Positions 30,087 through 40,848 of a stretch of 64,000 nucleotides of DNA are shown here, piece by piece. Under the pieces are notes generated by a model. It saw nothing but the letters and a program-made list of their open reading frames with translations, did no database searches and was not told the origin of the DNA. Position numbers and translations under genes: made by a program. Position 1 is the stretch's first letter, and each line of letters starts with the position of its first letter. Origin of the DNA: a virus; IMG/VR virus record IMGVR_UViG_3300044638_006409, positions 32,001-96,000 of that record; one strand, written 5' to 3'.

Positions 30087-33000
30087 ATGGGATATATAAT
30101 AAAAAATACATCGGGGTTAATTAATACTAGGTTGACAGATACTGCAAGATTGAAGTTATCACAAGGGACATTCAATATTGCGTATTTCCAAGTAGGTGAT
30201 AGTGAAGTGTCATATAACACATTACCAACTAATACATATAGTCAATTTAATACATTTATTTTAGAACCAAGTTTCAATGCACAAAATTCCTCAGGTGCAC
30301 CACAAAGTAACAAAGAGAATATAAAATATCCACTCTATGTTGATGGTAATACTGGAAATACATATGGAATACCATTTATGGATTCAACATCGAGTCCTAT
30401 CTTTAATACAGCAAGTCCAAGAGGTTTTTTCACTGGTGGTACTGGTACTACATTTTATTGGAGTGCGTTAACCAATAGTGATTATGTAATTAATTCAAAT
30501 TACACAGTCCAAATGAATACCTTAATTGGTACTAATCAAATGACACTAACATTTGATTCTTGTGATACGGATGTTGTGAGGGGATTTGCAATCGGTGACA
30601 TTGTAACAATATTTTATGATGGTGAGGGTTCAAATACATGTCAATGTGTTAATGTTGTTACCCCAACTCCAACACCTACAATATCAGTTACCCCATCGGT
30701 AACAGCAACACCATTTGCAACACCAACACCTTCACCAACAGACCCTTGTTTGTCACCTACACCCACCCCAACACCATCAGCGACATTTTGTCCAACACCA
30801 ACACCTTCAAACGCTTGTTCTACGAACACTAAAGCTAATTGTGTTGTAAAACTACAAAGTTGTTATCCTATATTGACTTATAGAATTGTTGATATGTGTC
30901 TAAATACTATAACTTTGGATAGAAATACTCCTGATTATAGTTATTTGGGGAACGATTGTTACGCAAGAGTATTAGTTTACCCACCAAATATGATATCGTT
31001 ATATGATACTATCACACCATCTCCACATTGGAATGATAATGTTATAAATTTCGAATCTGTTTGTTATACTGACCAATTTGATGTTAAAATTTGGAATATG
31101 AATATTCCTTGGTCAGAAGATCCAGCTGGATTAGATTCAGGTCTTTACAAAGATTATACGAAGTTTGGTTCAATAGGATTTTTGGGTTCGAAAGAATACT
31201 TTGGTTATGCGTCATCAAGTGGACAAACAACGACAAGTGTTGTTTATTTTAATAACTCATTTGGTGAACCTATAATTGTAAGACCTGAGGAACAAAAAAC
31301 GATTGCAATAATTCACTACACTAATCAAACAATAGATTTGTTCTATGGTGAAAAGTTTGCACTACAACCATTTGATGACCAATTTGATGATACAACAGGA
31401 CAAGCAAGAAACTTCAAACTTCACATCCCAACATTAATGTGGCATAAAAACCCTGATTGTTGTTTTGGTGAAACATTTTATGTGGATCCTCCAGGTTTTG
31501 ATGGATTGAGTTTATTCAGAGTACAATACATGAAATCATCCAAAAATCAGGATATGAACAACCCTGGTTTGAGATATTATAATTTGTGGGACACTCACGC
31601 AAACCCAATATTACCAAGTAGAGTAGGAAAAGTTTTCCCTGATTCGAAAATTATTATCATCGATGATGAAGAAATAGTAGCTGCAATGTCATATAAATCC
31701 AATAGAAACTGGACATTGCCAGCACCAAAACTGAATTTAATAGTTCCAAACACTTGTGGTGACTCATCAACAAGTGTTGATGGTATTTTAAGTGCCTCTA
31801 CTGAATATTTGTATGTAACATATAGATTAACAAATTCTTTGGCATTTACTAACTCACTACATTGTAATTATTATTTGAAAGCTACAGGTCCTAATATCAG
31901 TTGTAATCAAGATAGTTCACAAAATGTCGGGGTTAGATTTGGAGGGGATTTAACTTGTTTATCGTCTGATCAAACAAATGTTACACCTTGTTGGTATTCT
32001 GGTTTTACTTTTTGGGTAGAAACAAGTCCAAATGTTTTTTATTCATATCCATTCGTCAGTACACCTCAAATGTCCAATGGGTTACCGATATTCAGAAATT
32101 TATTGTACACTACAACAATAACTAATATTTTTTGGGATGGCTCAGATTGGATTTTCAGAGATAATACTACATCTGGTGATACAATAATAAATTTCAGTGG
32201 GTCGAGTCCTATCGGAGACTTTACGATAAGTGGTGTTTCAAGTGGATATACTGAATGTAGTTCAAACCCACAAATATGTGTTGAAATTTGTGAACAAAAT
32301 CAAGCATGTAGTACAACTATGTATGCCAAAGTTCTGAGTGGGGCAACTGAATTGTATTTGGATTTATTTACGGGAGTTGATTATAGATTAATCTATGGAA
32401 GCCCGAATTGGGAAATTTATTCAGCTAATACAAGAGTTGCGGTTTTAACTGGACTTACATCGTCAGAATTACCTTTGGGTAGTTGGTCGTCAGAGACAGC
32501 ATCAATTACTGGTTTAACAACTTCATTATGGTCTGATTGTATATCATTAACTTGTGAAAGTTATACGGCGGAAACCACTTCAACACAATCAATAATAAAA
32601 ACAATTGATTGTGACTTTGTAATTTCAGATTACCAAACTGGTACAACCTTTAGTGGATGTGTTTTGGCTATCAATGGAGATATAACACAATCAATATATG
32701 ATGTATCAGGAACTACAAGTTCAGGTATTGTATCAGGTAATTGCCCAAGTATCGTTACAGCATCAACAATATGTTCTGATGTTTGTAGTTCAGCGAGTGG
32801 TTTTTATGCGGATACATTTGAGATAATTTGTCAAAAAGTTGTTGGGGATGAAAGACCCACTCCATCAGAATGGAAAATAATTGATTTTACAAGCTCTTTA
32901 ACGAGTACGACAGTAAATGGATTATTAACATCGTCTGGAATCACAGGTACCACCTTTGTTATTACACAAGATTTATATGACAATGCACCATACTACGATT

Positions 33001-33311
33001 TGAATGATTATATTACACTTACACCACAAGGTTTTACTGGTAGTCAATTAAATTTTGGTGATGAATATTACTTCTATGGAAACTTAGAGACTGATATTCA
33101 AGCAACAATCTATGAAATGAGATACAAAATAAATTTAAGTCAAGTTGAGTTTTTATCCTCTTCGAACCCAACATGGTCACCAAGTGTTACACCATTTATG
33201 ACTGAAGTAGGTCTTTACGATTCTGATAAAAATCTTATGATTATATCAAAGTTACAATCACCTGTACTTAGACAAGGGATTCAGCAACTTTTAGTAAAAT
33301 TTGATTTTTAA
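30087..33311 (+). CDS. tail-collar/fibre-like protein with Pro-Thr linker
   Basis: N-terminal LTDTAR...FQVGDSE and C-terminal TEVGLYDSDKNL resemble the two ends of the DUF3751 (P2 gpH N-terminal) domain. Confidence 0.55.
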   Translation: MGYIIKNTSGLINTRLTDTARLKLSQGTFNIAYFQVGDSEVSYNTLPTNTYSQFNTFILEPSFNAQNSSGAPQSNKENIKYPLYVDGNTGNTYGIPFMDSTSSPIFNTASPRGFFTGGTGTTFYWSALTNSDYVINSNYTVQMNTLIGTNQMTLTFDSCDTDVVRGFAIGDIVTIFYDGEGSNTCQCVNVVTPTPTPTISVTPSVTATPFATPTPSPTDPCLSPTPTPTPSATFCPTPTPSNACSTNTKANCVVKLQSCYPILTYRIVDMCLNTITLDRNTPDYSYLGNDCYARVLVYPPNMISLYDTITPSPHWNDNVINFESVCYTDQFDVKIWNMNIPWSEDPAGLDSGLYKDYTKFGSIGFLGSKEYFGYASSSGQTTTSVVYFNNSFGEPIIVRPEEQKTIAIIHYTNQTIDLFYGEKFALQPFDDQFDDTTGQARNFKLHIPTLMWHKNPDCCFGETFYVDPPGFDGLSLFRVQYMKSSKNQDMNNPGLRYYNLWDTHANPILPSRVGKVFPDSKIIIIDDEEIVAAMSYKSNRNWTLPAPKLNLIVPNTCGDSSTSVDGILSASTEYLYVTYRLTNSLAFTNSLHCNYYLKATGPNISCNQDSSQNVGVRFGGDLTCLSSDQTNVTPCWYSGFTFWVETSPNVFYSYPFVSTPQMSNGLPIFRNLLYTTTITNIFWDGSDWIFRDNTTSGDTIINFSGSSPIGDFTISGVSSGYTECSSNPQICVEICEQNQACSTTMYAKVLSGATELYLDLFTGVDYRLIYGSPNWEIYSANTRVAVLTGLTSSELPLGSWSSETASITGLTTSLWSDCISLTCESYTAETTSTQSIIKTIDCDFVISDYQTGTTFSGCVLAINGDITQSIYDVSGTTSSGIVSGNCPSIVTASTICSDVCSSASGFYADTFEIICQKVVGDERPTPSEWKIIDFTSSLTSTTVNGLLTSSGITGTTFVITQDLYDNAPYYDLNDYITLTPQGFTGSQLNFGDEYYFYGNLETDIQATIYEMRYKINLSQVEFLSSSNPTWSPSVTPFMTEVGLYDSDKNLMIISKLQSPVLRQGIQQLLVKFDF
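30658..30810 (+). repeat. Pro-Thr low-complexity coding repeat (TPTPTP)
   Basis: Degenerate ACACCA-type repeats. Confidence 0.85.
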
Positions 33312-33318
33312 TTTATTT

Positions 33319-33921
33319 ATGGACAAAAATTTTAAAGAATCGCCAAAGATTTTGGGATTGGATGTTTCAACTAAAACCATTGGATGGGCATTGTTCGATA
33401 TTGAAACAAAACAACTATTAGAATTAACTCACATTTCACCAGTTATAAAGGAAAAAGACATCGCTAAAATGAAAGAACTTTTTTTAAAAAGTGATGTCTT
33501 TAAAACCAAATTGGAACAATATGATGGTCTGAATATACAAAAAGTAGTTATAGAAGAACCACTTCTTAATAGTAATAATGTATATACAATTCAAACCTTG
33601 ATGAGGTATAATACTCTTATTTCGAAAGAAATTTATGATGTTTTGGGTATAGTACCTGAATATATATCAACCTACAACTCTAGGAAGTCAGCCTTCCCAT
33701 GGTTGGTTAAAGAAAACGATAAAGGTAAATTCGTTTTATTTGGTGGTTTCCCTAAAAATTGTGACAAAAAAGAAATTATATGGGAACAAGTTGCAAAAAG
33801 AGAACCACAAATCAATTGGAGTTATACTAAAAACAACACACTCAAAAAAGAAAATTTTGATATGAGTGATGCTTATTGTTGTGTTTTAGGTTATATGAAA
33901 CAACAAAATATTTGGAATTAA
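33319..33921 (+). CDS. RuvC-like Holliday junction resolvase
   Basis: ILGLDVSTKTIG, VIEEP and DMSDAY catalytic pattern; stop overlaps the convergent ORF stop (TTAA). Confidence 0.8.
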   Translation: MDKNFKESPKILGLDVSTKTIGWALFDIETKQLLELTHISPVIKEKDIAKMKELFLKSDVFKTKLEQYDGLNIQKVVIEEPLLNSNNVYTIQTLMRYNTLISKEIYDVLGIVPEYISTYNSRKSAFPWLVKENDKGKFVLFGGFPKNCDKKEIIWEQVAKREPQINWSYTKNNTLKKENFDMSDAYCCVLGYMKQQNIWN

Positions 33922-34640
33922 GTAACTCTTAATTTATCTCTATAACCAATAGGATAAAACTTGGGGTTACTTAAACAATCTACATTACCATATGGATGAT
34001 TGGGGTCATCACTACTTTGATAATTGTATGTGTAATCTTGGTATATATTTGCGGTAAGTTTACCCTTGTTACGATAAATACATCCATCAGCTATAATATC
34101 AACACTTATTGGCAAGTTAAAATAACGACCTACATTTGGGACTAAATTTCTATTACCAGTACCTGAGTTTGTAATATTAGTCCATGATTGGTCAAATCCA
34201 CTTTGGTCAAAAGGAATACAAAATGTACCAGAAAACAATCTAATATCTTCAGGATTTGGACAAGGTGAAGCTAACGGAGTGTTTAAACTTAATTGTGCCG
34301 GTGAACAACTACCTATCAGATACTGATTTGGATTACAATCATATAAATCTATTGGATTATTAGGTGTCATACCTGTAAGATGTATTACTTGTGGTTTGTT
34401 TACCGAAAATCTACTACTTAATGATGGCGCTGGATTTGGTAATGTGGGGTCTCTATAAAAAGCTGATAAAATCGTTCCATTTTTGAAATTGAATGGGAAA
34501 GCATAAAATCTTATGAACATATCAAAATTTGTGGGTGTAACATCCGATTCTACTTGTAATATATGTAGATTGAATGTAAACAAATCTAAGTCATGTTGTA
34601 GATGACCAGTACCAAAAATATTTATATCAAAATATGCCAT
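33918..34640 (-). CDS. hypothetical protein (probable virion protein)
   Basis: Last gene of the minus-strand cluster; contains several Cys. Confidence 0.55.
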   Translation of the reverse strand: MAYFDINIFGTGHLQHDLDLFTFNLHILQVESDVTPTNFDMFIRFYAFPFNFKNGTILSAFYRDPTLPNPAPSLSSRFSVNKPQVIHLTGMTPNNPIDLYDCNPNQYLIGSCSPAQLSLNTPLASPCPNPEDIRLFSGTFCIPFDQSGFDQSWTNITNSGTGNRNLVPNVGRYFNLPISVDIIADGCIYRNKGKLTANIYQDYTYNYQSSDDPNHPYGNVDCLSNPKFYPIGYRDKLRVT

Positions 34641-34643
34641 AGA

Positions 34644-36479
34644 TTAAAAAGATATTGTTACTGTATTTGTATTACCATCTGTAGGTATGGTAATTGTTGT
34701 TGTTCCTTTATGTACGCAATAATCATCATCAAATAGTGCGACAGCTAATTGTATAGATGTTGAACCTGGTACCCACGAGTAAGTTGGAGTATAACCTGGA
34801 TTCAGTTCACTATATGGGTAATAAGTTACATTCCAAGGTGAATCAGAGTTAGTCGGATTTATAGGTGTTAATTCAGTAAACCCAAATTCAACATAATCAT
34901 TCAATGATACTTCAGGTGTTCCTAAAGCCCCATCCCAATACATTGTATTGTTAATATTATTTGGGAAAGATGAATTTGATGTTATTGTTCTTAAAAAAGA
35001 ATTTGGTAAATCAACATTAAAAATTTTGTAACTACCAACAACATCACCGGTATAATTTGATGATGATAAAATAAAATTAAACTCATACACATAAGATGGT
35101 GGTGTGATACCAAAATTTAAATCAATAGTTGAAGCCGAAATATCCAATGTGAATAAATTTGAATTCGGACATAAAATTGATGACAAACAAGGTAATGGGT
35201 CAAATGGTGGTGGTGTTGGTGTAGGACCGGGTGGACATACAATACCCAAAAACTCTACATCTGAAGAACATCCGTTTGTATCAAAAACAACAATATTTAA
35301 CAAATCACCATTATTTAACAACATTCCATCTGTTATAGTAGTTACAACATTATTAATTGAACCTGAGAAGGTATAAGGTCCGAAACCACCACTTGGGATT
35401 AAAGATAAGAAAGCAAAACCAGTTTGAGAATAAGATGAATTAACTTGACAAGTATAACTTATATTCGTGTTGATAGTTATTTGTGTACAATCCACTGGTG
35501 GTAAAAAACAAGATGTATTTACAACGAAATCACCAAAAGCATCAGTAACCACAGCATTATATGTACCTGAGGGTAAGTTTATGATAGTTCCAGTTGTGTT
35601 TCCATTCTCCCATAGAAAATTATATGGAGGTGTTCCGCCAGTAACAACCAAAGTTGCACTCCTTGTTGAACCAGTTCTACCAAAGGTATTAACAACACTA
35701 CAAGTTACACCCATAGGAAAAATGGTAATTACATCACACTCATTAACAGTAACATAATCACCATAGTTATTTACAACACCACAAGTGGATACTGCGGAAA
35801 ATGTGGTTACCTCATAACCAGTTCTTCTTGTTGCACAAGTGTTAGTATCATCATTTATTAAATTAGTTGTTATATTGATACCATTGAAATTGAGACTAAG
35901 AGTCCCATTTACATAGAAGAATTGATAGACACCTGGATTTGGTATAGAGGTTCTTTCTATTTCGATAGTGAAACTATCGTTTTCATAAATTCTAAAAACA
36001 AAACTTCCATTATCACTATATGGGAACACTTGAATATTCAAACCTAAACTTAGAAGGATATTCGTTAAATTTTGACTATGGGCGTTGGAATTATTACTAT
36101 TTGTTGTATTACCAACGCATAAAAGTGAATCTGTGTCACAATCCAAACAATCGAAACTATTTGGGTCTATTGTATAACTTGGAAAGTTAGGTGTATTGAT
36201 AAATTCATTTCCATTGTAAGTTACTGAATTTACACTATATGATACACTTCCATAAGCATTAAGACCATTTGGTTGGGATAAGTCACAAAGAAACTCAATA
36301 CTATCCATTTGGAATCCAACTAGTAAAGGTTCTTTAACTACATAAGTACAATCAACATTTCCATTAATCTGAACTAATGTATTTAAATATGGTAATAAAT
36401 TACTACGACTAGGATCCTTAATATTATGTATATCAGGACATAAACCATCACAAGAAATTAAACTTATACAATTTGACAT
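34644..36479 (-). CDS. Cys-rich SprB-repeat-like virion protein
   Basis: VTGGTPPYNFLWENG...LPSGTYNAVVTDAFG and SGGFGPYTF...DTNGC; TATTTATC upstream at 36502-36509. Confidence 0.6.
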   Translation of the reverse strand: MSNCISLISCDGLCPDIHNIKDPSRSNLLPYLNTLVQINGNVDCTYVVKEPLLVGFQMDSIEFLCDLSQPNGLNAYGSVSYSVNSVTYNGNEFINTPNFPSYTIDPNSFDCLDCDTDSLLCVGNTTNSNNSNAHSQNLTNILLSLGLNIQVFPYSDNGSFVFRIYENDSFTIEIERTSIPNPGVYQFFYVNGTLSLNFNGINITTNLINDDTNTCATRRTGYEVTTFSAVSTCGVVNNYGDYVTVNECDVITIFPMGVTCSVVNTFGRTGSTRSATLVVTGGTPPYNFLWENGNTTGTIINLPSGTYNAVVTDAFGDFVVNTSCFLPPVDCTQITINTNISYTCQVNSSYSQTGFAFLSLIPSGGFGPYTFSGSINNVVTTITDGMLLNNGDLLNIVVFDTNGCSSDVEFLGIVCPPGPTPTPPPFDPLPCLSSILCPNSNLFTLDISASTIDLNFGITPPSYVYEFNFILSSSNYTGDVVGSYKIFNVDLPNSFLRTITSNSSFPNNINNTMYWDGALGTPEVSLNDYVEFGFTELTPINPTNSDSPWNVTYYPYSELNPGYTPTYSWVPGSTSIQLAVALFDDDYCVHKGTTTITIPTDGNTNTVTISF

Positions 36480-36560
36480 AAAATTTTATACTTATCCTTA
36501 TGATAAATATGTTGTCACTATTTTTATTTTTTTAAAAAAATTATAGAGGATTATTTGACA

Positions 36561-37775
36561 TTATAAATAATATAAAACATCCGCAGCCCCAATAAAAGTA
36601 GCATTTACACCTAATGGTGTTATACATAACCACATTTCATCTAAAGTACCATTAACATTTGAACCAACTCTTATTTGATTGTCATCTAATTTAGTGGTCG
36701 TTAAAGCAGATGTACCAGCCTGACCAATTAATGATGTCATTACGTGTCCTGGTGTTGTTATTGTTGGAGTTCCATCACTTAAAGAATATTGAAAAGGTGA
36801 GTTAGGTATATCAGTCCAACTTGGCGTTGAAGATAATGTTGGATTGAATTCCATAGTCAACAAGTAATTATCGTTTGAAGTGTTTAAGATACTGATTGTG
36901 TCAAACTGAGATGTTACACCAATGTAATTTTGTTTTAATCTATATCCAATATATGGATATTTTGTACCTGAGGTAGCCATCGTGGTTGTTGCGGTGTAAG
37001 GAATTGAAACTGTTGAATATAAACCATTTAGAGCACCTTCAGTTGAAGTTTGAGAACAAATCATATCAAAATAACCTGAACCAGCACCAACTTGTCTAAT
37101 TTCATATCTTATTGGTTGATTTGGTGATGACATATAAACAGTTGGTATATTGTTTGCTGCGGTATAATCTAAAAAATAGAATGTTTGACCTGATAAAACC
37201 ATACCAAATCTCACTCTACCTACACCTAACCATTGATAATCTACAGTCATTAGATTTGTTTCAGCCCAATCAAAATTATTTGGGTCGAATTCGGTTGAGT
37301 TCCAAGTTGTTGAGTCAGCACTAAAAGTACAAGAACCACTTAAGAATATATTAAATGTTATTGCACTAGTAACACCATTACTTTCCAAAAAGTAACCATC
37401 AAACACTGAATTATATGGTGAACCAGTAGTTGATTGAAAACAACCAATTCTTTTGATTATATTAGTTTCAATTTGAAAATTACTAAAACTTCCCTCAAAC
37501 AACTGACTTTTACCTGGTTGGTAAATTGGATGTGTTTTAGTTTTACGAATAACTAAATCGTTGTTAGCCGATGTTGACATTCTGACCCTCGCATATTGTT
37601 GACTAAATACTGATGTTGCAGTACCTGCAGTTACTTCACTAACCTGAAGTGGATTTTTATCAAATGTATGTTTAATATCCAAAAGATTTTGAACTGCGGC
37701 AGTCCTTAATCTACCGAATGCGTCCAAGTTAGGACCATCAGAATATTTTACTGAATTATTAAAAATGTATGCCAT
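36561..37775 (-). CDS. virion protein, probable lectin-like beta-sandwich
   Basis: DAFGRLR, YQPGKSQL and DYQWLGVGRVRFG motifs, recalled from a widespread phage structural family. Confidence 0.55.
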   Translation of the reverse strand: MAYIFNNSVKYSDGPNLDAFGRLRTAAVQNLLDIKHTFDKNPLQVSEVTAGTATSVFSQQYARVRMSTSANNDLVIRKTKTHPIYQPGKSQLFEGSFSNFQIETNIIKRIGCFQSTTGSPYNSVFDGYFLESNGVTSAITFNIFLSGSCTFSADSTTWNSTEFDPNNFDWAETNLMTVDYQWLGVGRVRFGMVLSGQTFYFLDYTAANNIPTVYMSSPNQPIRYEIRQVGAGSGYFDMICSQTSTEGALNGLYSTVSIPYTATTTMATSGTKYPYIGYRLKQNYIGVTSQFDTISILNTSNDNYLLTMEFNPTLSSTPSWTDIPNSPFQYSLSDGTPTITTPGHVMTSLIGQAGTSALTTTKLDDNQIRVGSNVNGTLDEMWLCITPLGVNATFIGAADVLYYL

Positions 37776-37776
37776 A

Positions 37777-38592
37777 TTATATTATCCACCAATTATTATT
37801 TCTTGCCACAAATGTAAGTGACATATAGTTTATGTTCATATCAATGTAAGAGTTTCCATCTATTGTACCTGAGACTGGTGTAACACGAATTCTATAAGAA
37901 CCTGCATAACCACCTTCGTCTTTGATTGTTAATTTATATCCTTGAATACCTGAGGGTGAAAATAAAGTGACATCAACATTACCTGAGTAACTTATTCCAT
38001 TATAACTATAACCTGTAACTAATGTAATAGCTGAAGTTGATATACCAGTTGTTGATTCGGTGGAAGTACCTACACCTATAACATTAAAAGTACCACCAGT
38101 ATTATTTACAAGTGTTAATGTTCCCGCCGAAAATGTACCACCAGTAACCCTTATGTCCGTTGGTAAATTTTGATATGTCGTTGCTGATATTGTTCCACTA
38201 TTAGTTGTTCCCGTGACTGATAAATTTCCATTAATTGTTAAACCAGTCATAGTATTAACATTTACAGAAAATGAACTTCCATCACTTTCAGATAAAGTAA
38301 ATGTATTATTATTGTAAGTAAAAGCGGTAACACTTGTGTCTGTAAATCCTGTAACAAATCCTGAAACTGAAAAAGTACCACCAGAACTATTAGTAAATGT
38401 TATTACACCAGTTGAGGAATTATAAGTACCACCAGTAATGTATACTGATTGTACTAAATTAGTAACTTGTTGAATTGTTGCTTTATAAGAAGAACCTGCA
38501 GGATTTTGTGATGTATCTCCTGTTATAACAATGTGAATCAAATCATTAAATGTTACACCAGTTGCTAAAGTTCTATCGGTAAGAAATGCCAT
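37777..38592 (-). CDS. Thr/Gly-rich fibre-like protein with gp9/gp10-like C-terminal module
   Basis: TGGT repeats; IKDEGG...TIDG...YMSLTFV...WW C-terminus. Confidence 0.55.
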   Translation of the reverse strand: MAFLTDRTLATGVTFNDLIHIVITGDTSQNPAGSSYKATIQQVTNLVQSVYITGGTYNSSTGVITFTNSSGGTFSVSGFVTGFTDTSVTAFTYNNNTFTLSESDGSSFSVNVNTMTGLTINGNLSVTGTTNSGTISATTYQNLPTDIRVTGGTFSAGTLTLVNNTGGTFNVIGVGTSTESTTGISTSAITLVTGYSYNGISYSGNVDVTLFSPSGIQGYKLTIKDEGGYAGSYRIRVTPVSGTIDGNSYIDMNINYMSLTFVARNNNWWII

Positions 38593-38612
38593 TCTTTTTT
38601 ATTTATAAATAC

Positions 38613-38912
38613 TTAAGACATAAAGAAATATCCAACACCATCCATAAAAAAGAAATCATCCAAATCCATAAAGTCTTTTATATCATCACTACAATATATA
38701 ACCTTAAATTTTTCACACCCATCCGCTGTTATTACTTTAACACCAATTGCTGGTGCTGTATTAAATTGTGGTGGGAGAACGAATGTATTATTTAATGGGA
38801 CATAAGTATCAATGTACGCAACTAAAATACATTGACTACCAAATATATCACATATATAAATTGTGTATGGATAATTTAAACCAGCTATTTGAGTGAATTG
38901 AAGTGAGGTCAT
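38613..38912 (-). CDS. small Cys-containing protein, paralog of 40849..41064
   Basis: PYTIYICD..C..V...KVITADGCE. Confidence 0.6.
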   Translation of the reverse strand: MTSLQFTQIAGLNYPYTIYICDIFGSQCILVAYIDTYVPLNNTFVLPPQFNTAPAIGVKVITADGCEKFKVIYCSDDIKDFMDLDDFFFMDGVGYFFMS

Positions 38913-38934
38913 ATACTCTTAAATATCCTCCTAC

Positions 38935-40845
38935 TTATATTCCTGTGAGTGTACTGAACACCCCAAAACAATCATCACAACTATCATAGAAGTTGAAACC
39001 ATATTCTGGGAAATAATTACCTGAGAAGTTACTATATATTGAACTAGGTGGTAAATCAGGATAAGTCACAGAATAGTATAGGAATTGCCAACATTCATTG
39101 AATTCAAAAGCCTCAGGGTCTTTGAACACTTGACCCTCTGTCGAAGTTGGGCCAGGTAAAGTTTGAATTATATACTGATTAGTTCCACATTTTTGATATA
39201 CATAATAACCAATTGCAACGGATGGTGTTGGTGTAGGTGTAATTGTTGGTGTAATACTTGGAGTGGATGATATTGTAGGTGTTACGGTTACATTTGGAGT
39301 ACACAAATAACATTCATTCAAATTTGAGAAACCTAAAGGTCCGTCAGTAACATCAATTATGTCAACCCCTATTACACTCAAGTTGATACCAACAAAGGAT
39401 ACACATTTTGATACTCCATTTATGTCTGCTTTATAAATTGCAAACTTAGTCAAAGTTCCACCAGATGGTAAAGGAATAGGTAAAGTTGTATAATACATTT
39501 GTCCATTGTAACAATCTTGAAATTGTTTACTCATAGGACAGATTATATCACCTTGAACTGTATTGAACACAACATTACCTGATATACTACAAGCATATGT
39601 TACAGCAGGCGTTGGAGTTGGTGTGGGTGTTTGTGTTGAAGTTGGTGTTGGTGTGTACCCAGTTATTGTCACATCTACAGCTCTACCACCACAAGGATCA
39701 CTTGGAGTTGGTGTTGGAGTTATTGTTGGTGTTACTGAAATTGTTGGGGTTACACTTGGAGTTGGTGTGACTTCACAATCAAATATTGCAGAAAAATCTA
39801 AAACAGAACAATTTACTGTTGGTGTTGGAGTTGGTGTGGGACAATTACCACTGAAAACATAATCATCACACAAATCAGGACAATTTGAGTTACACGGATA
39901 AGGTCCTTCCAAAAGACAGAAACCACCCAATGTAGTTGATAAACACCAAGTACCTCCCGTTGTGTAATATATGAAATCACCATTTGTAATTCCTGACCAA
40001 TATGTGTCACCATTATAAGTACCTGCTGATACAAAGTTGTCATCATAACCTAAACCTGTATTTGTTATACAATAAGTTGGTGGACATCCTGAACAAACAA
40101 ATGAAGTTGTCGTGACATATGCTGAAAATCCATTTGTTAAAATTGTATCATCAATAAGTAAAGTTGCATTAGTTGGACAATAACCTGTTGTGAATCCGTA
40201 ACCTCCCAAATCAAATGTTTCAGGTGTTGTCAAATTATTTAAAAACCATTGTTGCAAAAATAAATCCCAAAAAAGTATTATTGTTTCTCCTTGAAAATTA
40301 TCAAATATGTAATATTGTCTTCCGTTTATTATTGATTCAGTAAATAAACTTCTATAATAATTTAGCTCAAAGTTTTCAACATGAAGTAAAATACAACATT
40401 CCTCTATGTCACACTGGTTATTAGCTATACAATCATTACAATCCACATATGTAGAACCTGAAGCAAATACTGTATACTCTGTGTATATTGCAGAATCAGT
40501 AATACTTTGAGTTTTATAACAACCATACAGATAATCAACTCCATTAGCTCTTCCAATGTAACCCATATTAGTGAACACACCCGATGGTGATAAAGTTGAC
40601 CCAGTAACAACAGCTACACTTATGTCAGTTCCATCACAACATCCTTGCCAATTCAAATATCCATCTAAAGCGCCCAAATTTGTTAAAACCAAATCTACTG
40701 ATGGTGATGTTACTCCTGAACCAGCAATATAATAAGTTACATTAGGTGGTAAGAATATTGTGTGTTGATTACCCAAGTAATTTGTAAAAGTAAAACCTGA
40801 ATATATCGTAGACGCTGTATTGACAATGGTATAACCTGAACTCAT
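38935..40845 (-). CDS. Cys-rich virion protein with several Pro-Thr linkers
   Basis: Many Cys clusters; several TPTPTP tracts. Confidence 0.6.
   Translation of the reverse strand: MSSGYTIVNTASTIYSGFTFTNYLGNQHTIFLPPNVTYYIAGSGVTSPSVDLVLTNLGALDGYLNWQGCCDGTDISVAVVTGSTLSPSGVFTNMGYIGRANGVDYLYGCYKTQSITDSAIYTEYTVFASGSTYVDCNDCIANNQCDIEECCILLHVENFELNYYRSLFTESIINGRQYYIFDNFQGETIILFWDLFLQQWFLNNLTTPETFDLGGYGFTTGYCPTNATLLIDDTILTNGFSAYVTTTSFVCSGCPPTYCITNTGLGYDDNFVSAGTYNGDTYWSGITNGDFIYYTTGGTWCLSTTLGGFCLLEGPYPCNSNCPDLCDDYVFSGNCPTPTPTPTVNCSVLDFSAIFDCEVTPTPSVTPTISVTPTITPTPTPSDPCGGRAVDVTITGYTPTPTSTQTPTPTPTPAVTYACSISGNVVFNTVQGDIICPMSKQFQDCYNGQMYYTTLPIPLPSGGTLTKFAIYKADINGVSKCVSFVGINLSVIGVDIIDVTDGPLGFSNLNECYLCTPNVTVTPTISSTPSITPTITPTPTPSVAIGYYVYQKCGTNQYIIQTLPGPTSTEGQVFKDPEAFEFNECWQFLYYSVTYPDLPPSSIYSNFSGNYFPEYGFNFYDSCDDCFGVFSTLTGI
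39600..39840 (-). repeat. Pro-Thr low-complexity coding repeats
   Basis: GTTGGT/GTTGGA repeats on the + strand; a further tract near 39220-39295. Confidence 0.8.
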
Positions 40846-40848
40846 TTA

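Noticed and set aside
30641-30829. Gly-Val-rich antisense ORFs (also 39563..39862 and 35104..35376)
   Set aside because: They are shadows of Pro-Thr repeats on the opposite strand.
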